DNA of 63,981 nucleotides, filler included. It is 4 parts of 4 records of this genome, joined end to end, with 100 filler letters (N's around TTAATTAATTAA, not from the genome) between each part and the next. Parts side by side here need not be neighbours in the genome. Positions count along the whole stretch, not along the records: positions 17,650 to 48,634 come from SRR20825019_2870; 3 more parts are not named here. One strand, 5' to 3'. Positions 21,654 to 31,837 of this stretch are shown piece by piece. The notes under the pieces were generated by a model, which searched no databases, was not told where the DNA came from, and saw nothing but the letters and a program-made list of their open reading frames with translations. How positions within the stretch are numbered: position 1 is the stretch's first letter; each line of letters starts with the position of its first letter. The position numbers were made by a program, and so were the translations under genes.

Positions 21654-22484
21654 ATGGCATATAAACTGGCGTTGATGGGCGCAGGCGGCAAGATGGGCGT
21701 GCGCAGTGCCACGAACCTGTTGCAATCGGATTTTGACGTGGCCCACGTCGAGATTTCGGAGGCTGGCCGCGCGCGCCTGAAGGATGCCATCGGCGTCGAC
21801 TGCATGCCTGTCGAGGAGGCGTTGAAGGACGCCGATGTTGTGCTGCTGGCGGTGCCGGATACGGCCATCCGCGCGGTGGCGGCGTCGATCATCGACATGG
21901 TGCCAGCGGGCGCGATGGTGGTCTGTCTGGACGCGGCGGGGCCGTTTGCGGGGCATCTGCCGGAACGTGACGACGTGACCTATTTCGTGACGCACCCGTG
22001 CCATCCGCCGATCTACAACGATGAAAAGACCGAGGCAGGCCGCAAGGATTATTTCGGCGGCATTGCCGCGCAACAGGGCATCGTAAACGCGCTGATGCAG
22101 GGGCCGGAAGAACACTATGCCTTGGGCGAAAAAGTGGGCCGTGCGATCTATGCACCCGTCGCGCGCAGTCACCGTGTGACGGTCGAGCAGATGGCGCTGC
22201 TGGAGCCGGGCCTGTCCGAAACCGTCTGTGCGTCGCTGCTGGACGTGATGCGCGAGGCGATGGACGAGGTCGTGCGGCGCGGTGTGCCGAAAGAGGCGGC
22301 GCGGGATTTCCTGTTGGGGCACATGAACATTCTGGGTGCGGTGATCTTTGACGAGATCGACGGCGTGTTCTCTGATGCCTGCAACAAGGCGATCACCTTC
22401 GGCAAGCCGATGCTGATGCGCGACGACTGGAAACGGGTGTTCGAGCCTGACGAGATCGCGGCCAGCATCCAGCGCATCACCTGA
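21654..22484 (+). CDS. apnO: D-apionate oxidoisomerase
   Basis: GAGGKMG Rossmann motif, THPCHPP, LEPGLSETV and FSDACNKAI; adjacent to a DUF1537 kinase and an RLP, as in known apionate clusters. Confidence 0.8.
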   Translation: MAYKLALMGAGGKMGVRSATNLLQSDFDVAHVEISEAGRARLKDAIGVDCMPVEEALKDADVVLLAVPDTAIRAVAASIIDMVPAGAMVVCLDAAGPFAGHLPERDDVTYFVTHPCHPPIYNDEKTEAGRKDYFGGIAAQQGIVNALMQGPEEHYALGEKVGRAIYAPVARSHRVTVEQMALLEPGLSETVCASLLDVMREAMDEVVRRGVPKEAARDFLLGHMNILGAVIFDEIDGVFSDACNKAITFGKPMLMRDDWKRVFEPDEIAASIQRIT

Positions 22485-22487
22485 ATG

Positions 22488-23195
22488 TCAGTCGCGCGGT
22501 TGCAATCCGGCAGACCGGTCAAGGTGCGTGGCCATCAGTGCCACCGCCGCATCCGCGTCACGGGCGGCGATGGCGGCGACGATCTGGCGGTGTTCGGACA
22601 GGGTGGTGTCTTCGTGGCCCGACCAGCGCAGCAGGGTGCCGTGGTTGTGGAAAATCCATTTCAGCATGGCATCGGCCAGCGCGGTGATCACCGGATTGCC
22701 CGCAATGGCAATGATGCGCGCGTGAAAGGCGATGTCGGCGGCGACGAAATCCTCCGGCACATCATGGGCGGCGGATTGCATGGCGATCAGGTGGTGCAGG
22801 GCGGTCAGGTCTGCGTCCGTGCGTTGCAGGGCGGCGACGCGGACAAGGCCCAGTTCAAACATGCGCCGCGCGTCTTTGAGGTGGCCCAGATTTTCCGGTG
22901 CGATGGACAGCAGCGTTTGCGCCATGCCGTCCAGCTGCGCCAGCGCGCTTTTCGGGGTGATCGCGTTGACGCGGCTGCGTTCGCCGTGGCTGACGGTGAT
23001 CAGCCCCATGGTGTTCAGGGTTTGCAACGCCTCGCGCACCACCGGACGACCGACGCCGAACCGGTCCATCAGCGCGCGCTCCGACGGCATCGGATCGCCG
23101 GGGGCAACCTCGCCGCCGATGATCATGGCGTGCAGGCGGTCAAAGACTTCGTCCGAGAGCTTGCGGCGCGGGATCGGATCGGTTGGCGTGGACAT
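22488..23195 (-). CDS. GntR/FadR-family transcriptional regulator (NanR-like)
   Basis: wHTH MPSERALMDRFGVGRPVVREAL plus FCD domain (ADIAFH, EHRQIV). Confidence 0.92.
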   Translation of the reverse strand: MSTPTDPIPRRKLSDEVFDRLHAMIIGGEVAPGDPMPSERALMDRFGVGRPVVREALQTLNTMGLITVSHGERSRVNAITPKSALAQLDGMAQTLLSIAPENLGHLKDARRMFELGLVRVAALQRTDADLTALHHLIAMQSAAHDVPEDFVAADIAFHARIIAIAGNPVITALADAMLKWIFHNHGTLLRWSGHEDTTLSEHRQIVAAIAARDADAAVALMATHLDRSAGLQPRD

Positions 23196-23220
23196 GGTGG
23201 CTCCGGCGTTCTGGGTACTG

Positions 23221-23238
23221 CAACTGGTATGATGAGAT
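23221..23238 (+). promoter_or_regulatory. putative GntR/FadR operator copy 2
   Basis: CAACTGGTATGATGAGAT in the 48-nt divergent gap between the regulator and the kinase. Confidence 0.7.
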
Positions 23239-23243
23239 AAGCG

Positions 23244-24584
23244 ATGATTGGTCAAGACTTGGATACACCTGTGCTGGCGTGGCTGGGCGATGATTTCACC
23301 GGGGCTGCGGCAGTGATGGAGGTGCTGGCCTTTGCCGGATTGCCGACCACGCTGTTCTTGCAGGTGCCCGATGCGGCGCGGCTGGCGCAGTTTCCGGGAT
23401 TGCGGGGGATCGGCATTGCCAGCATGGCGCGCACGCGGTCGCCTGCGTGGATGGATGCGGAATTGCCTGCGTTATTCGACGCGCTCGACGCCACGGGGGC
23501 GGCGCTGGTGCAGTACAAGGTCTGTTCGACGCTGGATTCCGCACCGCAAGTGGGCAGCATCGGGCGGGCGATGGACATCGGGCAGGCCCGCTTTGGCGGC
23601 GCGGTTCCGGTGGTGGTCGCGGCGCCGCAGATGCGGCGGTATCAGGCGTTTGGTCAGTTGTTTGCGGGCACCGATGCGGGGGTGTTCCGGCTGGACCGGC
23701 ATCCGGTGATGGCGCGCCATCCTGTGACGCCAATGGACGAGGCCGACGTGGCGCGGCACCTGTCGGCGCAGACGGATATGCCGTTGGGCTGTCTGGATCT
23801 GGAAGGGTTGCACGATGCAGGCCGTGCCGATGCGGCGCTGGTCGCGGGGCAGGGCGTGACGGTGGACATGATGGGCCCGGCGGACGAGGCCGCAGTGGGG
23901 CGGATGCTGTGGGAGAACCGCGCGGCGAACCGGTTTGTGGTGGGCTCGCAAGGGACGGCTTATGCTTTGGTGGCTTACTTCCGCGCGCAGGGATGGTTGC
24001 CCGAGGCGACGCCAGTGACGGGTCTGGGACGGGTTGCGCGCATGGCCGTGGTCAGCGGGTCGGTGTCACCGACGACAGCGGATCAGATTGCGTGGGCTTG
24101 CGGGAACGGTTTTGCCGAGGTGGCGTTCGATGTGCTCGCCGCTTGTGGTGACGGGTTGTCCGCCGCCGAGGACGCGGCGGTGCAGGCAGGGCTGGCGGCC
24201 TTGGACGCGGGACAGGTGCCGCTGATCTATACGGCACGCGGGCCGGATGATCCGGCGGTGGCGGCTTTGCGCGCGGCGGCGGGGGCGGAGCTGCCTGCGG
24301 TGAACGACCGCATCGGCGCGGCGCTGGGTCGGGTGTTGCGGGCGTTGATCGAACGGGGCGGGCTGACCCGTGCCGTGGTGTCGGGCGGCGACACTTCGGG
24401 GCATGTGTGCCACGCTTTGGGCATCGACGCGCTGACGGCGGTGGCGCCCACGATTGCGGGGGCTGCGATATGCCGTGCCCACGCAACGGGGGCGATGGAC
24501 GGGCTGCATCTGGCGCTGAAGGGCGGGCAGATGGGCAGCCGCGATTATTTTGGATGGATACGGGACGGAGGCGGCGCGCGATGA
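23244..24584 (+). CDS. oiaK: four-carbon acid sugar kinase family (DUF1537), likely 3-oxo-isoapionate kinase
   Basis: GDDFTGA, YKVCSTLDS, SGGDTS and LKGGQMG; translationally coupled (ATGA) to the RLP. Confidence 0.75.
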   Translation: MIGQDLDTPVLAWLGDDFTGAAAVMEVLAFAGLPTTLFLQVPDAARLAQFPGLRGIGIASMARTRSPAWMDAELPALFDALDATGAALVQYKVCSTLDSAPQVGSIGRAMDIGQARFGGAVPVVVAAPQMRRYQAFGQLFAGTDAGVFRLDRHPVMARHPVTPMDEADVARHLSAQTDMPLGCLDLEGLHDAGRADAALVAGQGVTVDMMGPADEAAVGRMLWENRAANRFVVGSQGTAYALVAYFRAQGWLPEATPVTGLGRVARMAVVSGSVSPTTADQIAWACGNGFAEVAFDVLAACGDGLSAAEDAAVQAGLAALDAGQVPLIYTARGPDDPAVAALRAAAGAELPAVNDRIGAALGRVLRALIERGGLTRAVVSGGDTSGHVCHALGIDALTAVAPTIAGAAICRAHATGAMDGLHLALKGGQMGSRDYFGWIRDGGGAR

Positions 24585-25840
24585 CACGGTTGCAGGCAAC
24601 ATATGAGATTGAAAGCCCGGTGGGCGTGGCCCGCGCGGCAGAGGTGATCGCGGGGGAACAATCCACCGGCACATTCATCCGGCTGGCCTCGGAAACCGAC
24701 GACCTGCGCGCGCGCTCTGCCGCACGGGTCGAGGCGGTCGAGATAACCGGCGCGTCGGACCATCCGGCCTTGCCGTGTCGGTTCAAGGCCGACCGCTACG
24801 AGCAGGGGCGCATCACGTTGAGCTGGCCGGTGGATACCTTTGGCCCGTCGCTGCCGAACATTCTGGCGACGGTGGCGGGGAACCTGTTCGAGCTGGCCGA
24901 AGTCTCGGCCATCCGGTTGCTGTCGCTGGACATCCCTGACAGCATCGCCGCCGCCTGTCCGGGGCCGCAGTTCGGGGTGGCGGGCACGCGGGCGCTGATG
25001 GGGGTGGAAACGGGGCCGATGATCGGCACCATCGTCAAACCCAGCGTGGGCCTGAGTGCGGCGGAGACCGCAGCACTGGCCGGTGATCTGGCGCGGGCGG
25101 GGATTGATTTTATCAAAGACGACGAATTGCAGGGCAACGGGCCTGCGTGCCCCTTGGAAGAGCGCGCGCGGCTGGTGATGCAGGCGCTGGATGAAGCGGC
25201 GCAGGTGACCGGGCGCAAGGTGATGTATGCGTTTAACATCACCGATGAAGTCACTGATATGTGGCGACATCTTGAGATGTTGGAGGGGCTGGGGGCGACC
25301 TGTGCGATGGTGTCGCTGAACTCGGTCGGGCTGGCGGGGCTGCGCGCGGTGCGCGACCGTTCGCCCCTGCCGATCCACGCGCATCGCAACGGCTGGGGGC
25401 TGCTGTCCCGCTCGCCCCACATCGGGATCGCGTACCCCGCGATGCAAAAGCTGTGGCGGCTGGCGGGGGCGGATCATCTGCATGTGAACGGGCTGGCCAG
25501 CAAGTTTACCGAACCCGACGACGTGGTGATCGAGGCCGCACGGGCGGTGCAGGCGCCGGTGTCGGAGGGCCACGATCACGGGGCGCTGCCGGTGTTTTCG
25601 TCGGGCCAGACCGCCTGGCAGGTGGGGCCAAGTGCCGATGCGCTGGGCAACGATGATTTCCTGATTTGCGCTGGCGGCGGCATTATGAGCCATCCCGCAG
25701 GGCCTGCGGCGGGCATCACCAGTTTCCGGCAGGCGGCGGCAGCACAGGCACAGGGTGTGGATGTGCGGACCTATGCGGCGGACCATCCCGAACTGGCGGC
25801 GGCGCTGGAAGCGTTCGAGGGGGCGGTGACGCGCTGCTGA
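24581..25840 (+). CDS. RuBisCO-like protein (form IV), 3-oxo-isoapionate-4-phosphate decarboxylase/transcarboxylase type (OiaX/OiaT)
   Basis: AGEQSTGT, GTIVKP, GIDFIKDDE, IHAHR, PVFSSG and AGGGIMSHP. No rbcS or prk nearby. Confidence 0.88.
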   Translation: MTRLQATYEIESPVGVARAAEVIAGEQSTGTFIRLASETDDLRARSAARVEAVEITGASDHPALPCRFKADRYEQGRITLSWPVDTFGPSLPNILATVAGNLFELAEVSAIRLLSLDIPDSIAAACPGPQFGVAGTRALMGVETGPMIGTIVKPSVGLSAAETAALAGDLARAGIDFIKDDELQGNGPACPLEERARLVMQALDEAAQVTGRKVMYAFNITDEVTDMWRHLEMLEGLGATCAMVSLNSVGLAGLRAVRDRSPLPIHAHRNGWGLLSRSPHIGIAYPAMQKLWRLAGADHLHVNGLASKFTEPDDVVIEAARAVQAPVSEGHDHGALPVFSSGQTAWQVGPSADALGNDDFLICAGGGIMSHPAGPAAGITSFRQAAAAQAQGVDVRTYAADHPELAAALEAFEGAVTRC

Positions 25841-25877
25841 GCTTGTGTTGACATGGGCGGCAAATGTCGCGACACGT

Positions 25878-25887
25878 TGGTATACCA
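25878..25887. promoter_or_regulatory. palindromic operator TGGTATACCA (FadR-subfamily-like)
   Basis: Perfect palindrome 21 nt upstream of the ATG at 25909; recurs at 29420 and 32339. Confidence 0.75.
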
Positions 25888-25908
25888 TTTCGCACAGGAG
25901 TTGCCCCC

Positions 25909-26847
25909 ATGTCCGCCATCCTCGCCATCGGCCCCTATACCGACGCTGAACGCACAGCCTTTGCTGCCGAGTTGAAGCCTGTCTTTGTCGGCACCCGCGA
26001 CGAGCTGGAAGCGCCGGATGCCGCGACATGTGAGGCGGTCAAGGCGATTGCATACAAGGGGCATCATGCCTTTGGCGGGGCCGAGATGGACCGCTTTGCC
26101 AACCTTGGCCTGATTGCGAATTTCGGCGTCGGCTATGATGCCATCGACGTGGATGCGGCCAGTGCGCGCGGGATCAAGGTGACGAACACGCCTGATGTGC
26201 TGAACGACGATGTGGCCGATCTGGCCGTGGCCATGTGGCTGATGCAGGGCCGCGAGATGCGGCAGGCCGAGGCATGGGTGCGCGACGGGTCCTGGGGCGA
26301 AAAGGGTCCGGTGCCGTTGAACCGCAAGGTCAGTGGCGGCACCGTGGGGATCATGGGCATGGGCCGGATCGGGCGCGACATTGCGGACCGTCTTGCGGCC
26401 TTCAAATGCGACATCCACTATCACGCGCGGTCCGAGAAAGAGACGCCCGGCTGGACCTATCACGCCGATCCGGTGGATCTGGCACGGTCGGTGGATTTCC
26501 TGTTCGTGGCGCTGGTCGGTGGTCCCGCGACCGAGAAATACGTCTCGAAAGAGGTGATCGCGGCGCTGGGCGACAAGGGTGTGGTCATCAACATCTCGCG
26601 CGGGAGCACGATTGACGAAGAGGCGATGCTGGATGCGCTGGAAAGTGGTGCGCTGGCGGGTGCCGGGCTGGACGTGTTCGTGGGCGAGCCGCATTTGAAC
26701 CCGCGGTTCCAGAAGCTGGACAACGTGGTGCTGCAACCGCATCAGGGGTCTGGCACGCACGAGACACGCGCGGCGATGGCCAAGTTGCAGCGCGACAACG
26801 TGGCGGCGCATCTGGCGGGGGATGACCTGCTGACGCCGGTGAACTAA
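25909..26847 (+). CDS. D-isomer-specific 2-hydroxyacid dehydrogenase
   Basis: AGGAG RBS; GVGYD, GMGRIG, NISRG, LDVF.GEP and QPHQGS. Confidence 0.9.
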   Translation: MSAILAIGPYTDAERTAFAAELKPVFVGTRDELEAPDAATCEAVKAIAYKGHHAFGGAEMDRFANLGLIANFGVGYDAIDVDAASARGIKVTNTPDVLNDDVADLAVAMWLMQGREMRQAEAWVRDGSWGEKGPVPLNRKVSGGTVGIMGMGRIGRDIADRLAAFKCDIHYHARSEKETPGWTYHADPVDLARSVDFLFVALVGGPATEKYVSKEVIAALGDKGVVINISRGSTIDEEAMLDALESGALAGAGLDVFVGEPHLNPRFQKLDNVVLQPHQGSGTHETRAAMAKLQRDNVAAHLAGDDLLTPVN

Positions 26848-27000
26848 AACCCGTGATCGTCGGGTCAGGTTGAAGCTGTCGCTGGGTGTCCCGGCCACTT
26901 TGGCCTGACCTGCACAAACTACGTCCTGAAGCGCAATGGAACAGGACGGTTCCGCGTGATTAGCCTGAAGCGAACAATGGCGTTTCAGGAGGGTTGGGCG

Positions 27001-27561
27001 ATGATTTCATCTGTTTACAAGGCGTGGCACCAGCGACAGTCAGGTGCGTCCGTCAACGCGCCGGGTTCGGTGGCGCATGGCATAACGCGCGCAGGATTCC
27101 TGCGCTTGATGGCGACTGGTGCTGCGGGTGTCGCGCTGGGGGGCATGGCCCTTGGTGGTTTTGCAAAGGCCGCTGGTAATACTGCACCGGTCACCGATCT
27201 GGACGGCGTTTATGACGCCTGGCAAAGCCGCTTTAACGCCGGTGATCTGGACGGGTTGATGGCGCTGTATGATGCCGATGTCACCTATATCAATCCCGAT
27301 GGTGTCGAGATGATCGGCAGCGCCGACACCCGCACCGATTATGCGGCCCTTCTGGCGCTTAAGCCAAAGATCGACATCGGTGACCGCAAACATGTGGTCT
27401 ACAAGGACATTTCGTTGACCACCAATCACTGGTCGCTGGAACTGACCGATCCCGATGGAAAGCTGGTGAACCTGACCGGCGGCGGCATCGAGGTTGTTCG
27501 CAATATCGCAGGCGCGGGCTGGCTGTTCATCATCGACGACGCTTCGCGCTCGGCAAGCTGA
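27001..27561 (+). CDS. SnoaL/DUF4440 (NTF2-like) family protein with Tat-like signal
   Basis: FNAGDLDGLMALY and GWLFIIDD; TRAGFL plus a hydrophobic leader; AGGAGG upstream of ATG 27001. Confidence 0.7.
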   Translation: MISSVYKAWHQRQSGASVNAPGSVAHGITRAGFLRLMATGAAGVALGGMALGGFAKAAGNTAPVTDLDGVYDAWQSRFNAGDLDGLMALYDADVTYINPDGVEMIGSADTRTDYAALLALKPKIDIGDRKHVVYKDISLTTNHWSLELTDPDGKLVNLTGGGIEVVRNIAGAGWLFIIDDASRSAS

Positions 27562-27608
27562 GGTGGCTTTGGCCCTGTCCGGCGACATGTCGGACAGGGC
27601 AGCCGCGT

Positions 27609-28574
27609 TTATGCGGTGGGCTTATCGTCTTCCAGATAATACCGGATGTTGTCCTCGAAGGACGCATCCGCTTCCAGCCCCAGGCGTTCAGCCTTGTCGG
27701 CATGGATGTCCCAGCGCCAGCCCGAGACAATCGCCTGCACCTCGGGTTGTGCCTCCCAGCGGATCAATTTGGCAGGTTCGGGGCCTGCCACGGCGGTCAT
27801 GGCGGCAATCACCTGATCAATCGACCACACCTTGCCCGGCATCTGCATCGCGCGGTTCTGGCCGATGGCGGCAGCGTCCAGTTCGGCGGCCTTCACAAGG
27901 TTGTCGGCGCATTTGCGGGGGCTGAGGTAGTAGTGCAGGAAATCGCCGTCGACGGGGCACACAGCCTCTTGGCCGTTCAGCGGTTCGCGCAGGATGGACG
28001 ACATGAAAGACGACGCCGCGCGGTTGGGTTTGCCGGGGCGCACAGAGATCGTCGGCAGCCGGAAGGCGCGCCCGTCGATAAAGCCCTTGCGGGAATAGTC
28101 GTTGATCAGGATCTCGCCGATCGCCTTTTGCCCACCATAGGAGGTTTGCGGGTTGGGATAGCTGTGATCGCCCAGCGGGTTCTGCGCCTCGCCGCCGTAG
28201 ACGGCGATGGAAGAGGTGAAGACCACAACCGGCGTGTTGCCCAGCGTGCGGCAGCGTTCCAGCACGTTGTAGGTGCCAAAGAGGTTAATCTGCATGCCTG
28301 CGTCAAAATCCTCCTCCGCGTGGGCCGAGACGATGGCGGCCAGCAGGTAGATCACGTCGGTGTCCTGGGTCACGACCTGAGCGACAGAGGCCGCATCAGC
28401 GATGTCGCAGCGGGTGGTCTCAACGGGGAAAGGTGCATCGACGGGGGCGGGATCGACCACATCGGCCAGTGTCAGGCGGGTGATCGGCGCGCCGCGCAGG
28501 GTGCCCTTGGCGGCCAGAGCCTTGGCCAGTTTCTGCCCGACGACACCGCCGCCGCCTATAATCAGAATATTCAT
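27609..28574 (-). CDS. denD: D-erythronate dehydrogenase (extended SDR)
   Basis: GGGGVVG, LAAIVS, SYGGQK and RLPTISVRPGKPNRAASSF; otn genes nearby. Confidence 0.85.
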   Translation of the reverse strand: MNILIIGGGGVVGQKLAKALAAKGTLRGAPITRLTLADVVDPAPVDAPFPVETTRCDIADAASVAQVVTQDTDVIYLLAAIVSAHAEEDFDAGMQINLFGTYNVLERCRTLGNTPVVVFTSSIAVYGGEAQNPLGDHSYPNPQTSYGGQKAIGEILINDYSRKGFIDGRAFRLPTISVRPGKPNRAASSFMSSILREPLNGQEAVCPVDGDFLHYYLSPRKCADNLVKAAELDAAAIGQNRAMQMPGKVWSIDQVIAAMTAVAGPEPAKLIRWEAQPEVQAIVSGWRWDIHADKAERLGLEADASFEDNIRYYLEDDKPTA

Positions 28575-28633
28575 TTCTCTCCCTTTTCGTGGTCAGTCGT
28601 CTGCGGCAACGGGTTGCCGGGGTTGGGTTCGGG

Positions 28634-29230
28634 TCATCTCGTGTCGCCCGCGATCAGGGCCAGCGCCACGACGCCCAGCATGGCGGCGGCCATCGCATAG
28701 TTGATGCGCCGCTGGGCTGTGTCGGACAGGTTCAAACGGTGCAGGCTGGCACCGGCCCAGAGCCAGCCCAGATGGATCGGTATCCAAAAGGCGTTGACGA
28801 TCAGCAGCTTGGTCACGGTTTCAAAGATCAGGCTGTCGGGGGCATAGGGGAAGCCTGCAAACAGGGTGGTGTTGACGGCATAGGCCTTGGGGTTGATCGC
28901 CTGCAACAGGATGCCCGCACCGATCCCGGGCGCGGTGGCGGCGGCGATAAAGGCGACCTTGCTGCCGGCAAAGGCGATGCGCGCGGCCAGATACAAAAGG
29001 TACAGGATCGACGCCCCCATCAGCACCCAGCGCACCACCGGTTCGGCCAGTATCACCGCCGCCAGTCCCGAGATCACGCCGAAGGCCACGATGTTGGTGC
29101 CGATAAACAGCCCCGTCAGATAGCGCAGCCCGGCGCGAAACCCGTGCCCCGCGCCGACGCCTGCCGTGGACAGCACACCGGGGCCGGGGGTGATCAGCAG
29201 GAAAAACACCGCTGCCGCAAACAGGATCAT
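28634..29230 (-). CDS. LysE-family translocator
   Basis: ITPGPG, YLLYLA and INPKA motifs. Confidence 0.88.
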   Translation of the reverse strand: MILFAAAVFFLLITPGPGVLSTAGVGAGHGFRAGLRYLTGLFIGTNIVAFGVISGLAAVILAEPVVRWVLMGASILYLLYLAARIAFAGSKVAFIAAATAPGIGAGILLQAINPKAYAVNTTLFAGFPYAPDSLIFETVTKLLIVNAFWIPIHLGWLWAGASLHRLNLSDTAQRRINYAMAAAMLGVVALALIAGDTR

Positions 29231-29417
29231 GCGCCGAACACCAGTTGCACCCTAATCGTCTGAGAGCGGTCACCGGCAAGGGCGTGGTCGAACGCGGCCA
29301 GCGGAACGCTGCGGCTCAGCGGGCCGCGCGCGCTTTGTGCGCAGTTCTCGCAAGGACGTGCTGGCAACAGTGCGTGGGGCATCACGGGCCTTTCGGTGGT
29401 TCTTGCAACCGGGATGG

Positions 29418-29431
29418 AATGGTATACCATT
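29418..29431. promoter_or_regulatory. 14-bp palindrome AATGGTATACCATT (operator)
   Basis: Lies in the divergent gap between lysE/denD and the SDR. Confidence 0.78.
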
Positions 29432-29492
29432 TCATCAAATGCGGATTCAGGCGGGGTGTCAATGGCACCATCGCGCCATCGGGAGGGAATAT

Positions 29493-30251
29493 ATGGACCT
29501 GTTTGATCTGGGCGGGCGCACGGCGCTGGTGACCGGTGCGTCGATGGGCATCGGTGCGGCGCTGGCGCGCGGTCTGGCCGAGGCGGGCGCGCGTGTGGTG
29601 CTGAACGCGCGCAATGCCGCGCGGCTGGAGGACGCGGCGCAGGGGCTGCGGGATGCAGGTCATGATGTGGATACGCTGGCCTTTGACGTGACCGACGCCG
29701 ATGCGGTGCGCGCGGCGGTTGACGGCTATGTGCAGACGCGGCCCATCGACATCCTGATCAACAACGCAGGGATGCAGCATCGCGGCCCGTTGGAGGATTT
29801 CGAGGTCGAAGCCTTTGACCGGCTGATGCGCACCAACGTCAATTCGGCCTTTTACGTGGGCCAGGCCACGGCGCGGCATATGATTGCGCAGGGCCACGGG
29901 CGGATCATCAACATCGCTTCGGTGCAGACCGCTTTGGCGCGCCCGGGCATCGCGCCCTACACCGCGTCCAAGGGGGCGATTGCCAACCTGACCAAGGGCA
30001 TGGCGACCGATTGGGCGCGGCATGGTCTGAACTGCAACGCCATCGCGCCGGGCTATTTCGAAACACCGCTGAACGCGGCGCTGGTGGCCGATCCTGCATT
30101 CACCGAATGGCTGGAGAAACGCACCCCCGCAGGCCGCTGGGGGCGGGTCGAGGAGCTGGTGGGGGCGGCGGTGTTCCTGTCGTCCAAGGCATCCAGCTTT
30201 GTGAACGGGCAGACCATTTTCGTCGACGGCGGGATCACCGCCAGTCTTTAG
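29493..30251 (+). CDS. SDR, gluconate 5-dehydrogenase (IdnO/Gno)-like
   Basis: TGASMGIG, NNAGMQHR, YTASKG, APGYFETPLN and RTPAGRWG. Confidence 0.85.
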   Translation: MDLFDLGGRTALVTGASMGIGAALARGLAEAGARVVLNARNAARLEDAAQGLRDAGHDVDTLAFDVTDADAVRAAVDGYVQTRPIDILINNAGMQHRGPLEDFEVEAFDRLMRTNVNSAFYVGQATARHMIAQGHGRIINIASVQTALARPGIAPYTASKGAIANLTKGMATDWARHGLNCNAIAPGYFETPLNAALVADPAFTEWLEKRTPAGRWGRVEELVGAAVFLSSKASSFVNGQTIFVDGGITASL

Positions 30252-30275
30252 GCACAGCTTTGGGAGGAGCATCAC

Positions 30276-31193
30276 ATGAGCAAGAGCATTATCGGTTTCA
30301 TCGGCGTCGGTTTCATGGGGCATGGCATGGCCAAGAACCTGCTGCAAAAGGGCTATCCCCTGTGGGTCAAGGGCAACCGCAACCGCACGCCGGTGGACAG
30401 TCTGGTGGGCATGGGCGCGCAAGAGGCCGCAACAGCGCGGGAGCTGGCGCAGAATTGCGATGTGATCCACCTGTGCCTGTCGAACTCGGAACAGGTCGAG
30501 GCGGTGTTTCGCGGACCCGACGGCATTCTGGCAGGCGCGCGGGCCGGGCTGATCGTGATTGACACCACCACGGCGGACCCGACCTCGACCGCCGTGCTGG
30601 CCGAGGAACTGGCGAAGACGGGCGGCACGCTGGTGGATGCGCCGCTGGGCCGGACGCCAAAAGAGGCCGAGGCCGGCACGCTGGACGCGATGGTCGGCTG
30701 TGACGATGCGACATTCGACCGGATCAGGCCGGTGCTGGAGTGCTGGGCGGGCAACATCACCCACGTCGGTGGCACCGGGGCAGGGCACAAGATGAAGCTG
30801 CTGATGAACTTTATCTCGATGGGCTATGCGTCGCTTTATGCTGAAGCCACGGTGCTGGGCGCCAGCGTGGGCATCCCGCCTGCAAAGCTGCGCGAGGTGA
30901 TCGGGTCATCACGGCTGACCAACGGGTTTTTCGAGACCTTCATGACCTATGCCGTGGACCGCGAAGAGGTGCACAAGTTCACCATCGCGAACGCGGCCAA
31001 GGACCTGCGCTATGTCAACGCGATGGCGGATGGTGCGGGGATCATGACGGTGATGGCGGGGGCAGCAAAACAGTATTTCGCCCATGTCGACGCCAGCGGG
31101 AAGGGGCAGGATTACGTGCCCAAGATCACCGACCATGTAGCGGCGCTGAACGGGATGGATATGGAGGAAGAGGCGAAGAAGGGGCGGGGCTGA
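30276..31193 (+). CDS. NAD(P)-dependent beta-hydroxyacid dehydrogenase family oxidoreductase
   Basis: GFIGVGFMG, VDAPLGR and GAGHKMKL. Confidence 0.88.
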   Translation: MSKSIIGFIGVGFMGHGMAKNLLQKGYPLWVKGNRNRTPVDSLVGMGAQEAATARELAQNCDVIHLCLSNSEQVEAVFRGPDGILAGARAGLIVIDTTTADPTSTAVLAEELAKTGGTLVDAPLGRTPKEAEAGTLDAMVGCDDATFDRIRPVLECWAGNITHVGGTGAGHKMKLLMNFISMGYASLYAEATVLGASVGIPPAKLREVIGSSRLTNGFFETFMTYAVDREEVHKFTIANAAKDLRYVNAMADGAGIMTVMAGAAKQYFAHVDASGKGQDYVPKITDHVAALNGMDMEEEAKKGRG

Positions 31194-31309
31194 GCGTCTA
31201 CAGAGGTCGCTTGTGACGTGCCGCCCTGTTCCGGGCTTGTGAGCAGATATTGCCCGATGTATCCACTTCGGGCGCTTTGCGTTGAAACAGGAAATATAGG
31301 TTGAACAAC

Positions 31310-31753
31310 ATGTTACTGAGAAATTTGTGCTTTGCCCTTTGTGCCGTCGGACTTGTCGCTTGCGGTACATCAACCGGTCAGGACACGCCCGCAGCCGCCC
31401 CGAAAACCGAACCTTTCTCGCCGGAGCTTTACAAGAGCAAAGGCTTTAAAGAGCTCACCTACAAAGCTTCAGGAAAAACCTACACGCTTTTTGTGCAGCA
31501 AAAAGGCAAAGGGAATTTCGGGTTGGACAAGGTTCTGACCTACGTGAGCAAGGGCAAGGCCTTTACCGCGACAACCGCTGATGACACCGAAGTTCAGAAC
31601 ATGGTCCGCGATGCTTACAGGGCGTTGAACCTGTGTCCGGAAAACCTTCACCCGGGACTCGTCAATTTTGGGTATGGCCCGTTCATGGCGGGCGATGTGC
31701 CGATGTGGAACATTTATCTTAAATGTACTGACAAGCTGCAAAGCAACGTCTGA
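31310..31753 (+). CDS. hypothetical lipoprotein
   Basis: Lipobox LVAC after a hydrophobic leader; Lys-rich and visibly lower GC than its neighbours; followed by a terminator. Confidence 0.7.
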   Translation: MLLRNLCFALCAVGLVACGTSTGQDTPAAAPKTEPFSPELYKSKGFKELTYKASGKTYTLFVQQKGKGNFGLDKVLTYVSKGKAFTATTADDTEVQNMVRDAYRALNLCPENLHPGLVNFGYGPFMAGDVPMWNIYLKCTDKLQSNV

Positions 31754-31795
31754 CCCGGACAGCAGACCGCGCATAAGGGCATATGACCGTAGACC

Positions 31796-31823
31796 AAGCC
31801 GCCGGTTGTCCCGGCGGCTTTTT
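31796..31823 (+). terminator. intrinsic terminator
   Basis: AAGCCGCCGG-ttgtc-CCGGCGGCTT followed by TTT, between convergent genes. Confidence 0.8.
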
Positions 31824-31837
31824 CGTGGCTTCGTGGA

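Noticed and set aside
21611-23238. 18-bp inverted repeats as transposon ends
   Set aside because: There is no transposase or target-site duplication, and both copies sit at promoter positions.
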